This document shows, piece after piece, positions 9,258 through 19,554 of a stretch of 64,000 nt of DNA (position 1 is the stretch's first letter; each line of letters starts with the position of its first letter). The notes under the pieces are model-generated. The model was not told the DNA's origin. It did not search any database and worked only from the letters and a program-made list of their open reading frames with translations. The position numbers and the translations under genes were made by a program. The stretch comes from Candidatus Thalassospirochaeta sargassi (GTDB lineage: Bacteria > Spirochaetota > Spirochaetia > UBA9216), in assembly GCA_028532855.1 (NCBI GenBank), contig JAQQAL010000022.1, forward strand, positions 4,844 through 68,843. Direction: 5' to 3'.

Positions 9258-10523
9258 TTAAGTATAGGTTTTTACTTTTACTTCATCTATTGTTTCATTT
9301 GTAAAAGGTATTTTAATACTTACTTCAAATCCATTCGATTTTGAAAAAAATATAACATCACCTCTAAGTTGATATTTTACAATATTTTTTACTAATGGTA
9401 ATCCTAATGTTTTAGATTTATCTAAGCTAATAGTGTCTTCACCTCCTTTCCCATTATCAATTATACTAATATATATTTTTTCATCATTCTGATAGCTACA
9501 TTCTATTCTGATATGTATAATTTCTTGACCATAATCAGAGTGCTCAATAGCGTTTAGAATAATTTCATTCATGATAAGTCCAATAGGTATTGATATTTCA
9601 AAAGGGATTTTAATATCAACAACATCTAAAGTCACCAAGACTCTATCACTATTAAGAACATAAGAGCTGTAAATTTCTTTTGTCAAATCATATATATAAT
9701 CTTTCAACGAAATAAATCTCAGATCATTAGCAGCATATAGTTTCTTATGCACAATAGACATTGCGTCCAATCGAGATATTGATTTTTTTAATACTGATTT
9801 AACTTCAGTATTTTCGCTATTCATAATCTGAATGTTTGTTAATGAAGAAATTATTTGCATATTATTTTTTGTTCTGTGATAAAGTTCTTTTAATAAAACA
9901 TCTTTTTCATCTAAAGCTTTTTTTAAAATTTTATTTCTATTAAAAACTTTTTTTTCTAATATAGCGTTATTATTTTCTAATTCCTGCTGTCGTTTATCAA
10001 GAATAAATCTTGTGAATAAATTTGTAATTATAAAAAAAATATTTATAATAAACCATGATATAAAGATATCTTTTGTAATATTTGTTGAAAATATGAATAA
10101 TAGAGATGCAAAAGTAATTTGTAAAATTGTATAAATTATAACTTGTTTTAATTTTAGAAATAAACTTGCAATAAAGATCGTTACGGTAATCCAAACTAAA
10201 GCAGTCATAGAGTTTTTACCAGTTACATCATATTTAAAAACAACTAAATAGCAAACTAGTAAAGTTCCAAAGATTGACATTAAACCACCAATTTTAAAAT
10301 TACGTAGTTTAGCTATTAAGTAACTTATAAAAAAGATTGGCGATCCAATTGTAAGTACTTCAGTTATTCCTGGTGGTGAATGAAATATTCCAATAGTACA
10401 AATAATTGTGTATAGCAATAAGAATAACAAAAGTCCCTTTACTTTATCATATTCTAAAGAACTGTTTGATGAAATATTTGGATAAATTAAAGATTTTATC
10501 AAGTGTAACTTTCGTAGCCTCAT
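9258..10523 (-). CDS. Membrane sensor histidine kinase of HisKA_2 type; orphan, with no adjacent response regulator
   Basis: Five to six N-terminal transmembrane helices. H-box HRTKNNMQIISSL (HisKA_2 family). C-terminal HATPase-like region (NAIEHS...DNGKG). Very AT-rich, like the cassettes. Confidence 0.7.
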   Translation of the reverse strand: MRLRKLHLIKSLIYPNISSNSSLEYDKVKGLLLFLLLYTIICTIGIFHSPPGITEVLTIGSPIFFISYLIAKLRNFKIGGLMSIFGTLLVCYLVVFKYDVTGKNSMTALVWITVTIFIASLFLKLKQVIIYTILQITFASLLFIFSTNITKDIFISWFIINIFFIITNLFTRFILDKRQQELENNNAILEKKVFNRNKILKKALDEKDVLLKELYHRTKNNMQIISSLTNIQIMNSENTEVKSVLKKSISRLDAMSIVHKKLYAANDLRFISLKDYIYDLTKEIYSSYVLNSDRVLVTLDVVDIKIPFEISIPIGLIMNEIILNAIEHSDYGQEIIHIRIECSYQNDEKIYISIIDNGKGGEDTISLDKSKTLGLPLVKNIVKYQLRGDVIFFSKSNGFEVSIKIPFTNETIDEVKVKTYT

Positions 10524-10684
10524 TCTAATTCCTTAGCAGAGTTTATAGGACTTCTTCTTGTTTTTAAAATAATTAAGAAACTATCTGTGTGACTGTAAGA
10601 CTGACATACAAATAGTTTCACATAGAAAAATGCTTTCGTCAAGAAAAATGTTATGTTTTAAAAGATAATAAAAACCTTCTCTTT

Positions 10685-11335
10685 ACCGGCTACCGCCCAT
10701 GAACCTTCTTCCGCATCCAGCCTATAACCCGGCTCACGGACTGCTACCGCAGACCGTCGGCTTCTATCCCGGCAGGGTTGCAAAAACCCGCGCCGAGGAC
10801 GTCGCTCCTGTTTTTGCTCTGCGGCCAATCGCTCCTGTTTCCGGCAACCGCGCTGCCACGCTCTCTTTGCCGGGCCTGCTAATAAAGCCTCTGCCGGCAC
10901 GTGCAGCTGCCGCGCATCCATGCGCGGCAATAAGGGTAAACTTTTCATGTAACTTTACCGGTCCTCATCAAACAGCCGTCCAGTAGAAATCGGGCAGGGT
11001 AGGTAATCTCTTCGTCTTTTCGGGAAGCACAATCAGTGCACTTGTATTAGAGAACCGGAACAGACTACCGGCCGGCTGCTATCTTCGGCCCGATTTTTAC
11101 GGCTTCCATCCGGACCAGCGCTGTTAAGGTAATTTATTGTATTTCTCCCCCCTCCCGTCCCCCCGTTGGGGGGAGCGTCCGGACTCCAGCCGTAAAAAAG
11201 GCCCGCGCAGCCGCCGTGTTTCACACCGCGGCCCCTATACATCATCATAAACCTATTCCCCGATTTGGATTCTTCATCATTGCCCGTCTCCGGCAAAACC
11301 GAAGGCTGTGCCTTCAGTTCAACCTCTGCCACTAA
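10685..11335. other. ~650 bp GC-rich island (~60% GC by eye) in an AT-rich context; probably non-coding, function unknown
   Basis: Composition shifts abruptly. The only ORFs are three mutually overlapping ones on both strands with Arg/Ala/Pro/Gly-rich low-complexity translations. It contains C/G-tract hairpins (tccccccgttgggggga; ggccgcggtgtgaaacacggcggc on the minus strand). Confidence 0.3.
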
Positions 11336-11403
11336 TTCTACACTGATTTATATAATTATCTATGTTTGTGGTATGTTGTAATTAAGAATTTATAATACAT
11401 AAA

Positions 11404-12120
11404 TTAAATCAATCTAACTTCGATATTTTCATTAAGGTAATCTCGCCATCTTTTCCAGTCGGGGTAAACCTTTGTCAGCAGCTTAAAAAAGCGGAGGCTG
11501 TGGTTATGTTCAATTATGTGGCATAGTTCATGGAATATAACGTAATCGATGCATGGTTTCGGTGCTGCTACGAGTTCGGGATTCAGATATATTCTTCCTT
11601 CTTTTGTACAGCTTCCCCAGCGCTTCGGCATTGTTTTAACTTTCAATTCAGGGATATTTATCACTTCGATTACAGAAAATGAGTTAACGCATTTCTGCAT
11701 TCTTTCATAGAATATCTGTCGCCCCTTTTCTTTATACCAATCAAGAAGAAGTTTTTCTTTTTTTTCAATAGTAAAATCTTCAGGTGTTGAAAGGTGGAAT
11801 CTTCCATTTTTTAATTTTACTTCAGGAGGACCGTTAAAAACTTTAAGCCTATATTGTTTCCCGAGATATCTGAACGTTTCTCCGTTATTATATTTTGGTT
11901 TAGGTTGAGCCGGCTGTATACGATCAAATTTGAGTTGTTGTTTATATATCCAGGAAGAACGTTTTCTGACTTTTTCCATTATTTTATCGATCGAAGCATC
12001 TTCCGGTGCTATGACTTCAACATGCTTATCCGGATAAACATGAATTGCAAGCGTTTTCCTGTTCCTGCGGTCGAGATCGAACCGGATTTCAGTTTTACCG
12101 TATCGGACGTTATAGTTCAC
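11404..12120 (-). CDS. YgjP-like (DUF45/M48-like) zinc metallopeptidase; last gene of the type I R-M operon
   Basis: WGSCTKEGRIYLNPELV...DYVIFHELCHIIEHNHS (HExxH). It overlaps the hsdR stop by 11 nt. Confidence 0.85.
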   Translation of the reverse strand: MNYNVRYGKTEIRFDLDRRNRKTLAIHVYPDKHVEVIAPEDASIDKIMEKVRKRSSWIYKQQLKFDRIQPAQPKPKYNNGETFRYLGKQYRLKVFNGPPEVKLKNGRFHLSTPEDFTIEKKEKLLLDWYKEKGRQIFYERMQKCVNSFSVIEVINIPELKVKTMPKRWGSCTKEGRIYLNPELVAAPKPCIDYVIFHELCHIIEHNHSLRFFKLLTKVYPDWKRWRDYLNENIEVRLI

Positions 12121-15100
12121 GATGTTTGGCTATCTCCAGAGATTGTTCGATGATTCGGTCTATTGCGTCATAATCCCATGAAAGGTCATAACGCCCCTTT
12201 ATCTGGAAAAGGTAGTCCTCAATGTCATTAAAAATTTTATTATGCACACTTGAATCATTTATCCAATCCCGCTTCTTGTGTTTATAAATTATATCATCAA
12301 CCTGTTTGGCTACATCCGAAGCAATATAAGCAGGAGTTTTTTCGCAAACCATATCATTCGGTAGTTCTTCAGCAATTAAGCGATAGTAAGGTCTTGCCGA
12401 TTCATGTTTTTTCAGCTCATCGGGAACATCGCTTCCGCCGCTTTCTCTCATCTCGTTCATTGCTTCACGTACTCTATTCAGATACTCGGCGTCCGATAAC
12501 CTCTTCGCTCTATGTTCGGCTATAGCCTCACTTATGATTTCTGATAACCGTTTATAGAGCAGGGGATCTTCCTGCATTTTTTCATGGATGGTTTTCTTCA
12601 TTCTGGAAGCAATTGTATCCGCTTTAGCTGCGTCTCCCTCAATACCTTCAAGTTCTCTTTCAAAGTCATCAATATTAAACAGATCAACGGGCTCTATTAT
12701 ATTTTTCACTTCATCGGCACCGATATATTTATTTACCATATTACGTATTTGTATTTCGTATGAAGAATAATCGACGGTTTCACCGAATCGTTGTTTGATA
12801 GTGTTTCTTAATGAGATGAACATTTTGAGATCGCTTTTATATCTCTCGATTGTATCAGATGAAGTATGTTCAAGAAATGCGGCATTAGAAAGGGCAAGGC
12901 GAAGCGTGTTGAAAAAAATTCTTAATGTTTCATAGAAACGATGCCGCACATCCTCTGGTTCAAGATGAAGCTGCATTGCTTCTGTATCTGTTTTATTGGC
13001 TATTTCAGAAAATATTGCCCAGAGATTGGTATGATACTCATGCAGTTTCGTGATTTCATCGGTTGTAGTAGTTAGTGTTCCGATGATATCTTCACGATCA
13101 AATCCTTTCTCTTCGAGGGTGTTGTAAAGCTCGATGGCCTCGTTGAGCTGTCCGAAAATACCCCTGTAATCAATAATTAAACCGTATTCCTTTCCGTCGT
13201 ATAATCGGTTGACGCGGGCTATAGCCTGTAAAATGTTATGTTCCTTGAGTCTTTTATCAATATAGAGGACCCCGTTTCTCGGTTCATCAAAACCGGTAAG
13301 GAGCTTGTGTATAACAATAATAATTTCAGGATCATCAGAATTGTGAAATCTGTCTATTATCGTATCCTGATAGGCTTTCGGAGTTCCGAATCTGTCCATC
13401 ATTGATTTCCAGAATCTCTGTACTTCAGGTATATTTGATTCGTCAACCTCGCTATGATCGGTTCTTGTATCAGGCGGAGACATAACTATTTCTGTGCTTA
13501 TATCACCAAGCTCATCAAAGCAGTTTTTGTATTTTACCGCCTCCAGTCGTGAAGATACGGCAAATTGTCCTTTCAAACCCGATTTACGAAATTGGCTGTA
13601 GTGCTGAATAATATCATATGTAATCTCTTTAAGCCTATCGTCGGATTTGGTAAGTTCCTCCTCTCGTCTGAACCTTTTTTTCAGATCCAGCTTCTGATCT
13701 TCGGTGAGATCTGATGTTATTCGTTCAAACCATTTGTCTATCTGATTGCGATCCCCCCGCAGTTCGCTCATTCTTCCTTCGTAAATAAGGGGAGTAACCG
13801 CCCGGTCGGCTATAGCCTGATTCATTGTATATGAATGAATAAATCCCCCGAACTTTCTTGCCGTACTTTTTTCATTCCTTAAAAGCGGTGTTCCGGTAAA
13901 ACCGATATAACATGCATTCGGGAAAACCCGTTTCATATTTGCATGTGCAGAACCGTATTGCGAACGATGACTTTCATCCACAAGTACAAATATATTTCTG
14001 CTTTCCGATTTCAGTTTGTTCTTTCTGAGTCCCGCTTCAAATTTATCGATTATTGTCGTGATAATACTTGCCTTGTTCTCTTCAATCAATTTAAAGAGGT
14101 TTTCGCCGCTGGTTGCCCGCTTTACAGCTTTTCCACAGTTCTTGAAGGTTTTATATATCTGATCATCGAGATCAACTCTGTCCGTTACGAGTATAATCCT
14201 CGGATCAATTATCGAACTTTCAAGGCTGATTGCCTTTGCCAGAAGCACCATCGTAATTGATTTGCCAGAACCGGTTGTATGCCATATAACTCCGCCCTGT
14301 CTCGGTAAATCTCCTTTCGCCTTCGTTATTTTTGAAACAGTTTCCTTTACTGCAAAGTATTGCTGGTAGCGGGGAACCTTCTTTATTTTGTTGTCGAAAA
14401 CGACGAATGATTGCGTCAATTCCAGAATACGTTCAATCCGTAATAGGCTGTATATAGTTCTATCCTGCTCAGAAGGTTTTCTGTCGCCGGCATTCCAAAT
14501 CTCCAACATCTTTTGTTTTTGCCAATCAGGTCTTTCGGAAAAAAGATGCGTCAGTGTTGATTCATCAAGTTTTTTATTAATCGAATGATTTAACTTTGTC
14601 TCATCTGTAGAATCGTATTCCTCTCTCCATATGGACCAGAATTTTTCAGGGGTTCCTGCAGTTGCATATGATGCCTGGTTCTGAGCAATGGAAAAAAGGA
14701 GCTGGCTATACACAAAAAGGTGGGGGATTTCATCAACACCCTGATTGCGTATATGCTGGCTGATACCTTCTTTTATAGAATCGGGTTTATCGGGTCTCTT
14801 TGCTTCTATTACGGCGAGCGGAATACCGTTTACAAAAAGCACAATATCGGGCTTTCTTGTTCTCCGGCTGTGTCGCTGTTCGATAATAAACTCATCGCAA
14901 ACATGGAAAACATTATTTTCCGGATTGTCCCAGTCGATGTAATTAAGTGAAAAGCTTTTTGTATATCCTTCAATTGTCTGCTCAAAACTCTTGCCGAGTG
15001 TTATCAGATCATAAATGAGTTCATTCGTAGTAATCAGACTGTCAAACGGAACCTCGCGTATCTCCTGAACTGCCTTTTCAATATTTGATTCAGTAAATTT

Positions 15101-15301
15101 GTGATTTTTTCCTTTAAATGAAAAAGAGTTTATTTTATGAAGCTGTTCTCTGAGTATTTTATCCAGTATCGGTTGATGAAGCCTGCCTCCCCGCATGGAT
15201 TCGCATTCAGAAGGTGTAATATATTCATATCCAAGATTGATAAGCTGTTTGAGTGCCGGGATAAGTGAAATTAGATCTTCCTGATATTCAGAAATTGACA
15301 T
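12110..15301 (-). CDS. hsdR: Type I restriction enzyme R subunit
   Basis: 1063 aa. Helicase motif I TTGSGKS and DEAH-like VLVDESHRSQ. N-terminal nuclease region. Sits in an operon with hsdM and hsdS. Confidence 0.9.
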   Translation of the reverse strand: MSISEYQEDLISLIPALKQLINLGYEYITPSECESMRGGRLHQPILDKILREQLHKINSFSFKGKNHKFTESNIEKAVQEIREVPFDSLITTNELIYDLITLGKSFEQTIEGYTKSFSLNYIDWDNPENNVFHVCDEFIIEQRHSRRTRKPDIVLFVNGIPLAVIEAKRPDKPDSIKEGISQHIRNQGVDEIPHLFVYSQLLFSIAQNQASYATAGTPEKFWSIWREEYDSTDETKLNHSINKKLDESTLTHLFSERPDWQKQKMLEIWNAGDRKPSEQDRTIYSLLRIERILELTQSFVVFDNKIKKVPRYQQYFAVKETVSKITKAKGDLPRQGGVIWHTTGSGKSITMVLLAKAISLESSIIDPRIILVTDRVDLDDQIYKTFKNCGKAVKRATSGENLFKLIEENKASIITTIIDKFEAGLRKNKLKSESRNIFVLVDESHRSQYGSAHANMKRVFPNACYIGFTGTPLLRNEKSTARKFGGFIHSYTMNQAIADRAVTPLIYEGRMSELRGDRNQIDKWFERITSDLTEDQKLDLKKRFRREEELTKSDDRLKEITYDIIQHYSQFRKSGLKGQFAVSSRLEAVKYKNCFDELGDISTEIVMSPPDTRTDHSEVDESNIPEVQRFWKSMMDRFGTPKAYQDTIIDRFHNSDDPEIIIVIHKLLTGFDEPRNGVLYIDKRLKEHNILQAIARVNRLYDGKEYGLIIDYRGIFGQLNEAIELYNTLEEKGFDREDIIGTLTTTTDEITKLHEYHTNLWAIFSEIANKTDTEAMQLHLEPEDVRHRFYETLRIFFNTLRLALSNAAFLEHTSSDTIERYKSDLKMFISLRNTIKQRFGETVDYSSYEIQIRNMVNKYIGADEVKNIIEPVDLFNIDDFERELEGIEGDAAKADTIASRMKKTIHEKMQEDPLLYKRLSEIISEAIAEHRAKRLSDAEYLNRVREAMNEMRESGGSDVPDELKKHESARPYYRLIAEELPNDMVCEKTPAYIASDVAKQVDDIIYKHKKRDWINDSSVHNKIFNDIEDYLFQIKGRYDLSWDYDAIDRIIEQSLEIAKHREL

Positions 15302-15310
15302 TAAAAACTC

Positions 15311-16705
15311 CTATTTATCAATACCATATTTTCTTGCCTTTTCCCAGAATGACCTCTTGCGGCCGTGTTCTGCCTTTATCCTACTGAAATAATCGGCATG
15401 AGATTCGAGATTGTCCGGATACTGAGTAATTCGTTCATCGAGAATAATCAGTTCTCTCAGGTACCCGATGCCGTATTTATATGCTTTAGAATAAGCTCGC
15501 CTTAAAATGTCGTTCAGAAGCGCCCGGTACAATACTACCTGTCCGCATAACGCATTATCTGGTCCGAGCTGCTCGAGGATGTTTAGGATGGATGTGTAGC
15601 CTAATGTCTCGAAATCCGCAGCATCATTTATCAGTCTTTGTTCTGCCTCTGCAATTTTATTCAAATAGAGAAGAACCGGAACTGCCCGCTCAGGCTGGGG
15701 ATCATTAAGGGCTGTTTTTACAGCTTCTGCAAGAATCTTTTTGTGGGTGCCCGGTTCCGCAATTGAATGGTATTCTTTTAAATAATACAGACACGGATTT
15801 TCTTTCCATTTTCTCTCCTGCAAAATACGTAGTTGTTCCGTATCTCCCGTCAACTCAAACAGCTTTTTATATAATTCATCCCTGTCGGAATTAAATCTGA
15901 TTTGCCAGGTTGTTTCCTCGAGTAATTCCCTGGCTTTTTTGAAGTCAGAGAATTGTAGATAGATTTGAATAAGTCTTTTTATCTGAAGATTATTCGGTTC
16001 AGGATTACGAATACGTAAAGCCTCTTCGTAAGCTGCCGGATTATGCATGGCGATAGCGATTTGTTCCATATTTATTTCAAAACCGGCGGCGGTATGATCA
16101 TAGCCTTCGATATTGGAGCAGTCCCAATCAAGCAGTCGGTTTTTATAGATATAGTAAATTTTCTGCAATGAATCAGGAGTAAACAAAATATCCGCAGAGT
16201 TAAGTATCAGCTCCCGGCAGCCGTAATCATTGCCGTCTGCTATATCCATGATTAAGGGAATCCAGTATTCGTCCGCTTTTTTCGTTCCGGCTGCTGCTTC
16301 GAGCCAGAGAATGCAGAATTGATTGAGTTCAGTACCGACTGCGCCTCCACTGTCGTCGACATTTTCGATGATGCTTCCGTCGTTGCGCAATACAAAGTCG
16401 GCCAAGCGCCACGCTTCATCAGGGGCTGAAGGTAGTAGTGTTTCGGTAATTTCTTCGCGAAGGTCTGCAATCTCTTCAGCGAAATCAAAACTGCTGTTGT
16501 AATTTATAAACTGATTTGACTCAATCCAGTTGTTGATCCTTTTTTTAAAGAATGCGGCAACAGTGCTGTAATCATCTTTGTTAAGGCGGTTATCAATGTA
16601 ACTGCTGATTCTTTCATCCTGCTTTTGGTAGATACTCATTATTAGTTCAATGAGTTCGTTTTTTGTCATATCCTCAAGCTTGTTTTTTACTTCTTCAAAA
16701 TCCAT
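15311..16705 (-). CDS. Hypothetical protein embedded between hsdS and hsdR
   Basis: 464-aa ORF, 10-14 nt from each neighbour on the same strand. No recognisable catalytic or NTP-binding motif. Probably helical. Confidence 0.6.
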   Translation of the reverse strand: MDFEEVKNKLEDMTKNELIELIMSIYQKQDERISSYIDNRLNKDDYSTVAAFFKKRINNWIESNQFINYNSSFDFAEEIADLREEITETLLPSAPDEAWRLADFVLRNDGSIIENVDDSGGAVGTELNQFCILWLEAAAGTKKADEYWIPLIMDIADGNDYGCRELILNSADILFTPDSLQKIYYIYKNRLLDWDCSNIEGYDHTAAGFEINMEQIAIAMHNPAAYEEALRIRNPEPNNLQIKRLIQIYLQFSDFKKARELLEETTWQIRFNSDRDELYKKLFELTGDTEQLRILQERKWKENPCLYYLKEYHSIAEPGTHKKILAEAVKTALNDPQPERAVPVLLYLNKIAEAEQRLINDAADFETLGYTSILNILEQLGPDNALCGQVVLYRALLNDILRRAYSKAYKYGIGYLRELIILDERITQYPDNLESHADYFSRIKAEHGRKRSFWEKARKYGIDK

Positions 16706-16719
16706 AAGAATAACCCTGC

Positions 16720-18009
16720 CTAAACCTTCACCCGGATTTCGCCGGTTAGCAGTTTCTGCATAAGGCCGCGTTTTTGGGATTTTATATTCTCTAATGTTTT
16801 TTTTAGGTAACTCAAATCAGCACGGAAGGTTTTTATTATATTTACTATCTCTTGCTGTTCTTTCAAAGGGGGGATTATCAAATTAATTCCATAAAAATCT
16901 GCTTTTGAAATATTAAGCAAGCCATGTGCTCTTGCACCGACCTGAACTCTACCGTTTAGTTCTATATTACAAAGACCAGACTCAAAATACTCATCAATAT
17001 ATGCTAAATTTACATTTGATTCATCTATCGCAAAACATATATATAATGTGGATAAGACACCGGCATCATATTTATCAAGAATCTTTATAGCACCAAAAGG
17101 ATATCCTTTCATTGAACTTCTGTTATATGCAAATTCATTTTTCTTTAATAAATAATAGTTTGAAAGATTTTCTCCGGATACGTTTCTTTTAAAATATTCT
17201 TTCTGGTCTACAAGACCGTTTGTTCCAGATGCCGTTAGTACATGGGAAGATTCGCCATTATTTTTACGTGTGATATCAATAGCAATATCTTTGAGTTTAA
17301 TTTTCTTCCATCCATCTAAAATTATATTATTACTGTTTGTAGGAAAACCAAAACCAGGTAATCTTCTCTTTCCGGTAAAAAGCTCATTCATTAACCCTTT
17401 TTTTCGTTTTTCTTTAAGTTCAATCAGCTTTTCAAGCTTCTCTATTGCCTCATCCCAGGTTGAGAGGATTTCGGCGATCTTTTTCTGTTCGGAGAGAGGC
17501 GGGATTGCTATAATGAAAGCTCTAACATCACCTTTCGTAATATTTGGATCTTTTCTACTGCTTGCGGCATAATTTCTCCAGCGATTTATTTCACCATTTA
17601 GATAATGAAGGAGATACTCTGAATGATGATTTTTACTTGGAAACATTGCCGACAGAGCTTGATTGCATGATGCTCTTTTCTTTAAAATCCCAGTCCGGCC
17701 GATTTGTTTGAATCCACCATACATTGCCACAAAAACAGTATCTATTGGTAAAAGTTTACAAGAACATTCAATTAGAGCAATATCAGTGATGCACTCTTCT
17801 GTATTTACGATTTCACGATTATTTAGATCTGTAGTTTTTACCCATGGATGAATACCATCTTTAAAATAGCGAACGTATTCTCCTCTATAAGGAGTTGTTC
17901 CACTCACAATTTTTGTAACATCCTTTAGTCGTTTTGTATTCCACTCTTCAGGTATCCAGCCAATCTTTGTTTCTTTATACCCGGGGCGTCCTTCGTTTAC
18001 TTTCGTCAT
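16720..18009 (-). CDS. hsdS: Type I restriction-modification specificity subunit with two target-recognition domains (TRDs)
   Basis: 429 aa. Conserved central and C-terminal coiled repeats (SEQKKIAEILS...LMNELFTG ; KEQQEIVNII...LMQKLLTG). Directly abuts hsdM. Confidence 0.85.
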   Translation of the reverse strand: MTKVNEGRPGYKETKIGWIPEEWNTKRLKDVTKIVSGTTPYRGEYVRYFKDGIHPWVKTTDLNNREIVNTEECITDIALIECSCKLLPIDTVFVAMYGGFKQIGRTGILKKRASCNQALSAMFPSKNHHSEYLLHYLNGEINRWRNYAASSRKDPNITKGDVRAFIIAIPPLSEQKKIAEILSTWDEAIEKLEKLIELKEKRKKGLMNELFTGKRRLPGFGFPTNSNNIILDGWKKIKLKDIAIDITRKNNGESSHVLTASGTNGLVDQKEYFKRNVSGENLSNYYLLKKNEFAYNRSSMKGYPFGAIKILDKYDAGVLSTLYICFAIDESNVNLAYIDEYFESGLCNIELNGRVQVGARAHGLLNISKADFYGINLIIPPLKEQQEIVNIIKTFRADLSYLKKTLENIKSQKRGLMQKLLTGEIRVKV

Positions 18010-19554
18010 CTAAAATCCCAACTCTTTCAAATATCCGTTCATCTTTGTTCTTAGCTCGCTGAGTTCTCCCTCAAGCTGCTCTATCTCTTTCTGAACGGCG
18101 GGGATGTCGACCGGTTCTTCCTCTTCGAAGGTATCAACGTAGCGGGGGATGTTCAGGTTGTAATCATTCTCCTGAATCTCTTCCTGTGAGGCAAGGTAGC
18201 TGTATTTATCTTTTGTTTCTCTATTCTTGAAGGTTGAAACGATCTTGTCGATATTTTCGCTTGTTAACCTGTTCTGATTCTTGCTGTTCTGAAATTCTCG
18301 GCTGGCATCAATGAAAAGTATATCCGTTGATTTTCGGTTTCTCTTGAAAACAAGAACGGCTGTTGGAATTCCGGTGCCGTAGAAGAGATTTCCCGGAAGT
18401 CCTATCACGGCGTCGAGCAGGTTCTCTTCAATTAGCTTCTGTCGTATCTTGCCTTCGCTTGCACCCCTGAAAAGTACCCCGTGCGGAACTACGACTCCGA
18501 TTCTGCCGTTTCCCATTGTTATAGTTTCAATCATGTGGCTGATGAATGCATAATCACCCTTTGATTTCGGCGGCAGTCCGCGGTGAAAGCGGTTGTAGGT
18601 ATCAGTCTGTGCTTCTTCAATTCCCCATTTATCAAGAGAGAAGGGCGGATTCGCAACGACAACCTCAAACTTCATGGTTGTATCGTTTTCAAGCAGCTTG
18701 GGACTTCTTATTGTATCTCCCCATTCAATTCTGGCTGAATCCATACCGTGAAGGAACATATTCATCTTGGCAAGTGCCCATGTTGAACCGGTTATTTCCT
18801 GTCCGTACAGAGCGAAATCGTTAGAATCCTTGTTTTTTACCTGATTGCCGCATTTGATAAGTAGGGAGCCTGACCCACAGGCCGGATCGCATATACGCTC
18901 GCCCGGTTTCGGATCAAGCAGTTCCGCGAGCAATTCCGACACCTCCGCAGGCGTATAGAACTCGCCAGCCTTTTTGCCGGCGCCGGCTGCAAATCTTGCA
19001 ATTAAGTACTCATAGGCATTGCCGATAACATCCATGTTACCGGTTTTTGAGGGCCTCAAATCAAGTTTCGGATTATTAAAATCCTCCAACAGGTGCTTTA
19101 ACCTCGCATTACGGTCTTTTGTCTGTCCGAGTGCTGCCTCAGAGTTGAAATCGATATTACGGAAAACCCCCTGAAGCTTCTCCCTGTTGCCTTCTTCTAT
19201 TTGTTCAAGCGCAACATTGATTATTTCTCCAAGGTTGTTTGCCTGACGTTGGGAATACAAATCGTTAAAACTGCACCCTTTGGGAAGTTTGAAGCGTTCG
19301 CGATCCAGTCTACGCCTGATTCGTTCTTCATCATTACTGAATTCTTCTATTAGGCTGTTATAGTGTTCGGTCCAGACATCGGAAATATACTTTAGAAAGA
19401 GCATTACAAGGATGTAGTTTTTATATTCAGAGGCTTCTACAACGCCCCTGAAGGTATCGCATGCCGCCCATAATACTGCCTCGATTTCCTGTTGCTTTGT
19501 TTGTGAATTGTTCTGCATATTATTCCTCATGTCCATAATTTTGATTGCTGCCAA
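18010..19554 (-). CDS. hsdM: Type I R-M N6-adenine DNA methyltransferase subunit
   Basis: Motif I DPACGSGSLL and motif IV VVANPPFS; HsdM N-terminal domain. Confidence 0.9.
   Translation of the reverse strand: MAAIKIMDMRNNMQNNSQTKQQEIEAVLWAACDTFRGVVEASEYKNYILVMLFLKYISDVWTEHYNSLIEEFSNDEERIRRRLDRERFKLPKGCSFNDLYSQRQANNLGEIINVALEQIEEGNREKLQGVFRNIDFNSEAALGQTKDRNARLKHLLEDFNNPKLDLRPSKTGNMDVIGNAYEYLIARFAAGAGKKAGEFYTPAEVSELLAELLDPKPGERICDPACGSGSLLIKCGNQVKNKDSNDFALYGQEITGSTWALAKMNMFLHGMDSARIEWGDTIRSPKLLENDTTMKFEVVVANPPFSLDKWGIEEAQTDTYNRFHRGLPPKSKGDYAFISHMIETITMGNGRIGVVVPHGVLFRGASEGKIRQKLIEENLLDAVIGLPGNLFYGTGIPTAVLVFKRNRKSTDILFIDASREFQNSKNQNRLTSENIDKIVSTFKNRETKDKYSYLASQEEIQENDYNLNIPRYVDTFEEEEPVDIPAVQKEIEQLEGELSELRTKMNGYLKELGF

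Noticed and set aside
10658-11332. ORFs 10658..10948(-), 10699..10986(+) and 11033..11332(-) in the GC-rich island
   Set aside because: They mutually overlap on opposite strands, have low-complexity Arg/Ala/Pro/Gly translations, and carry no RBS or recognisable motifs. They are treated as artefacts of high GC rather than genes.
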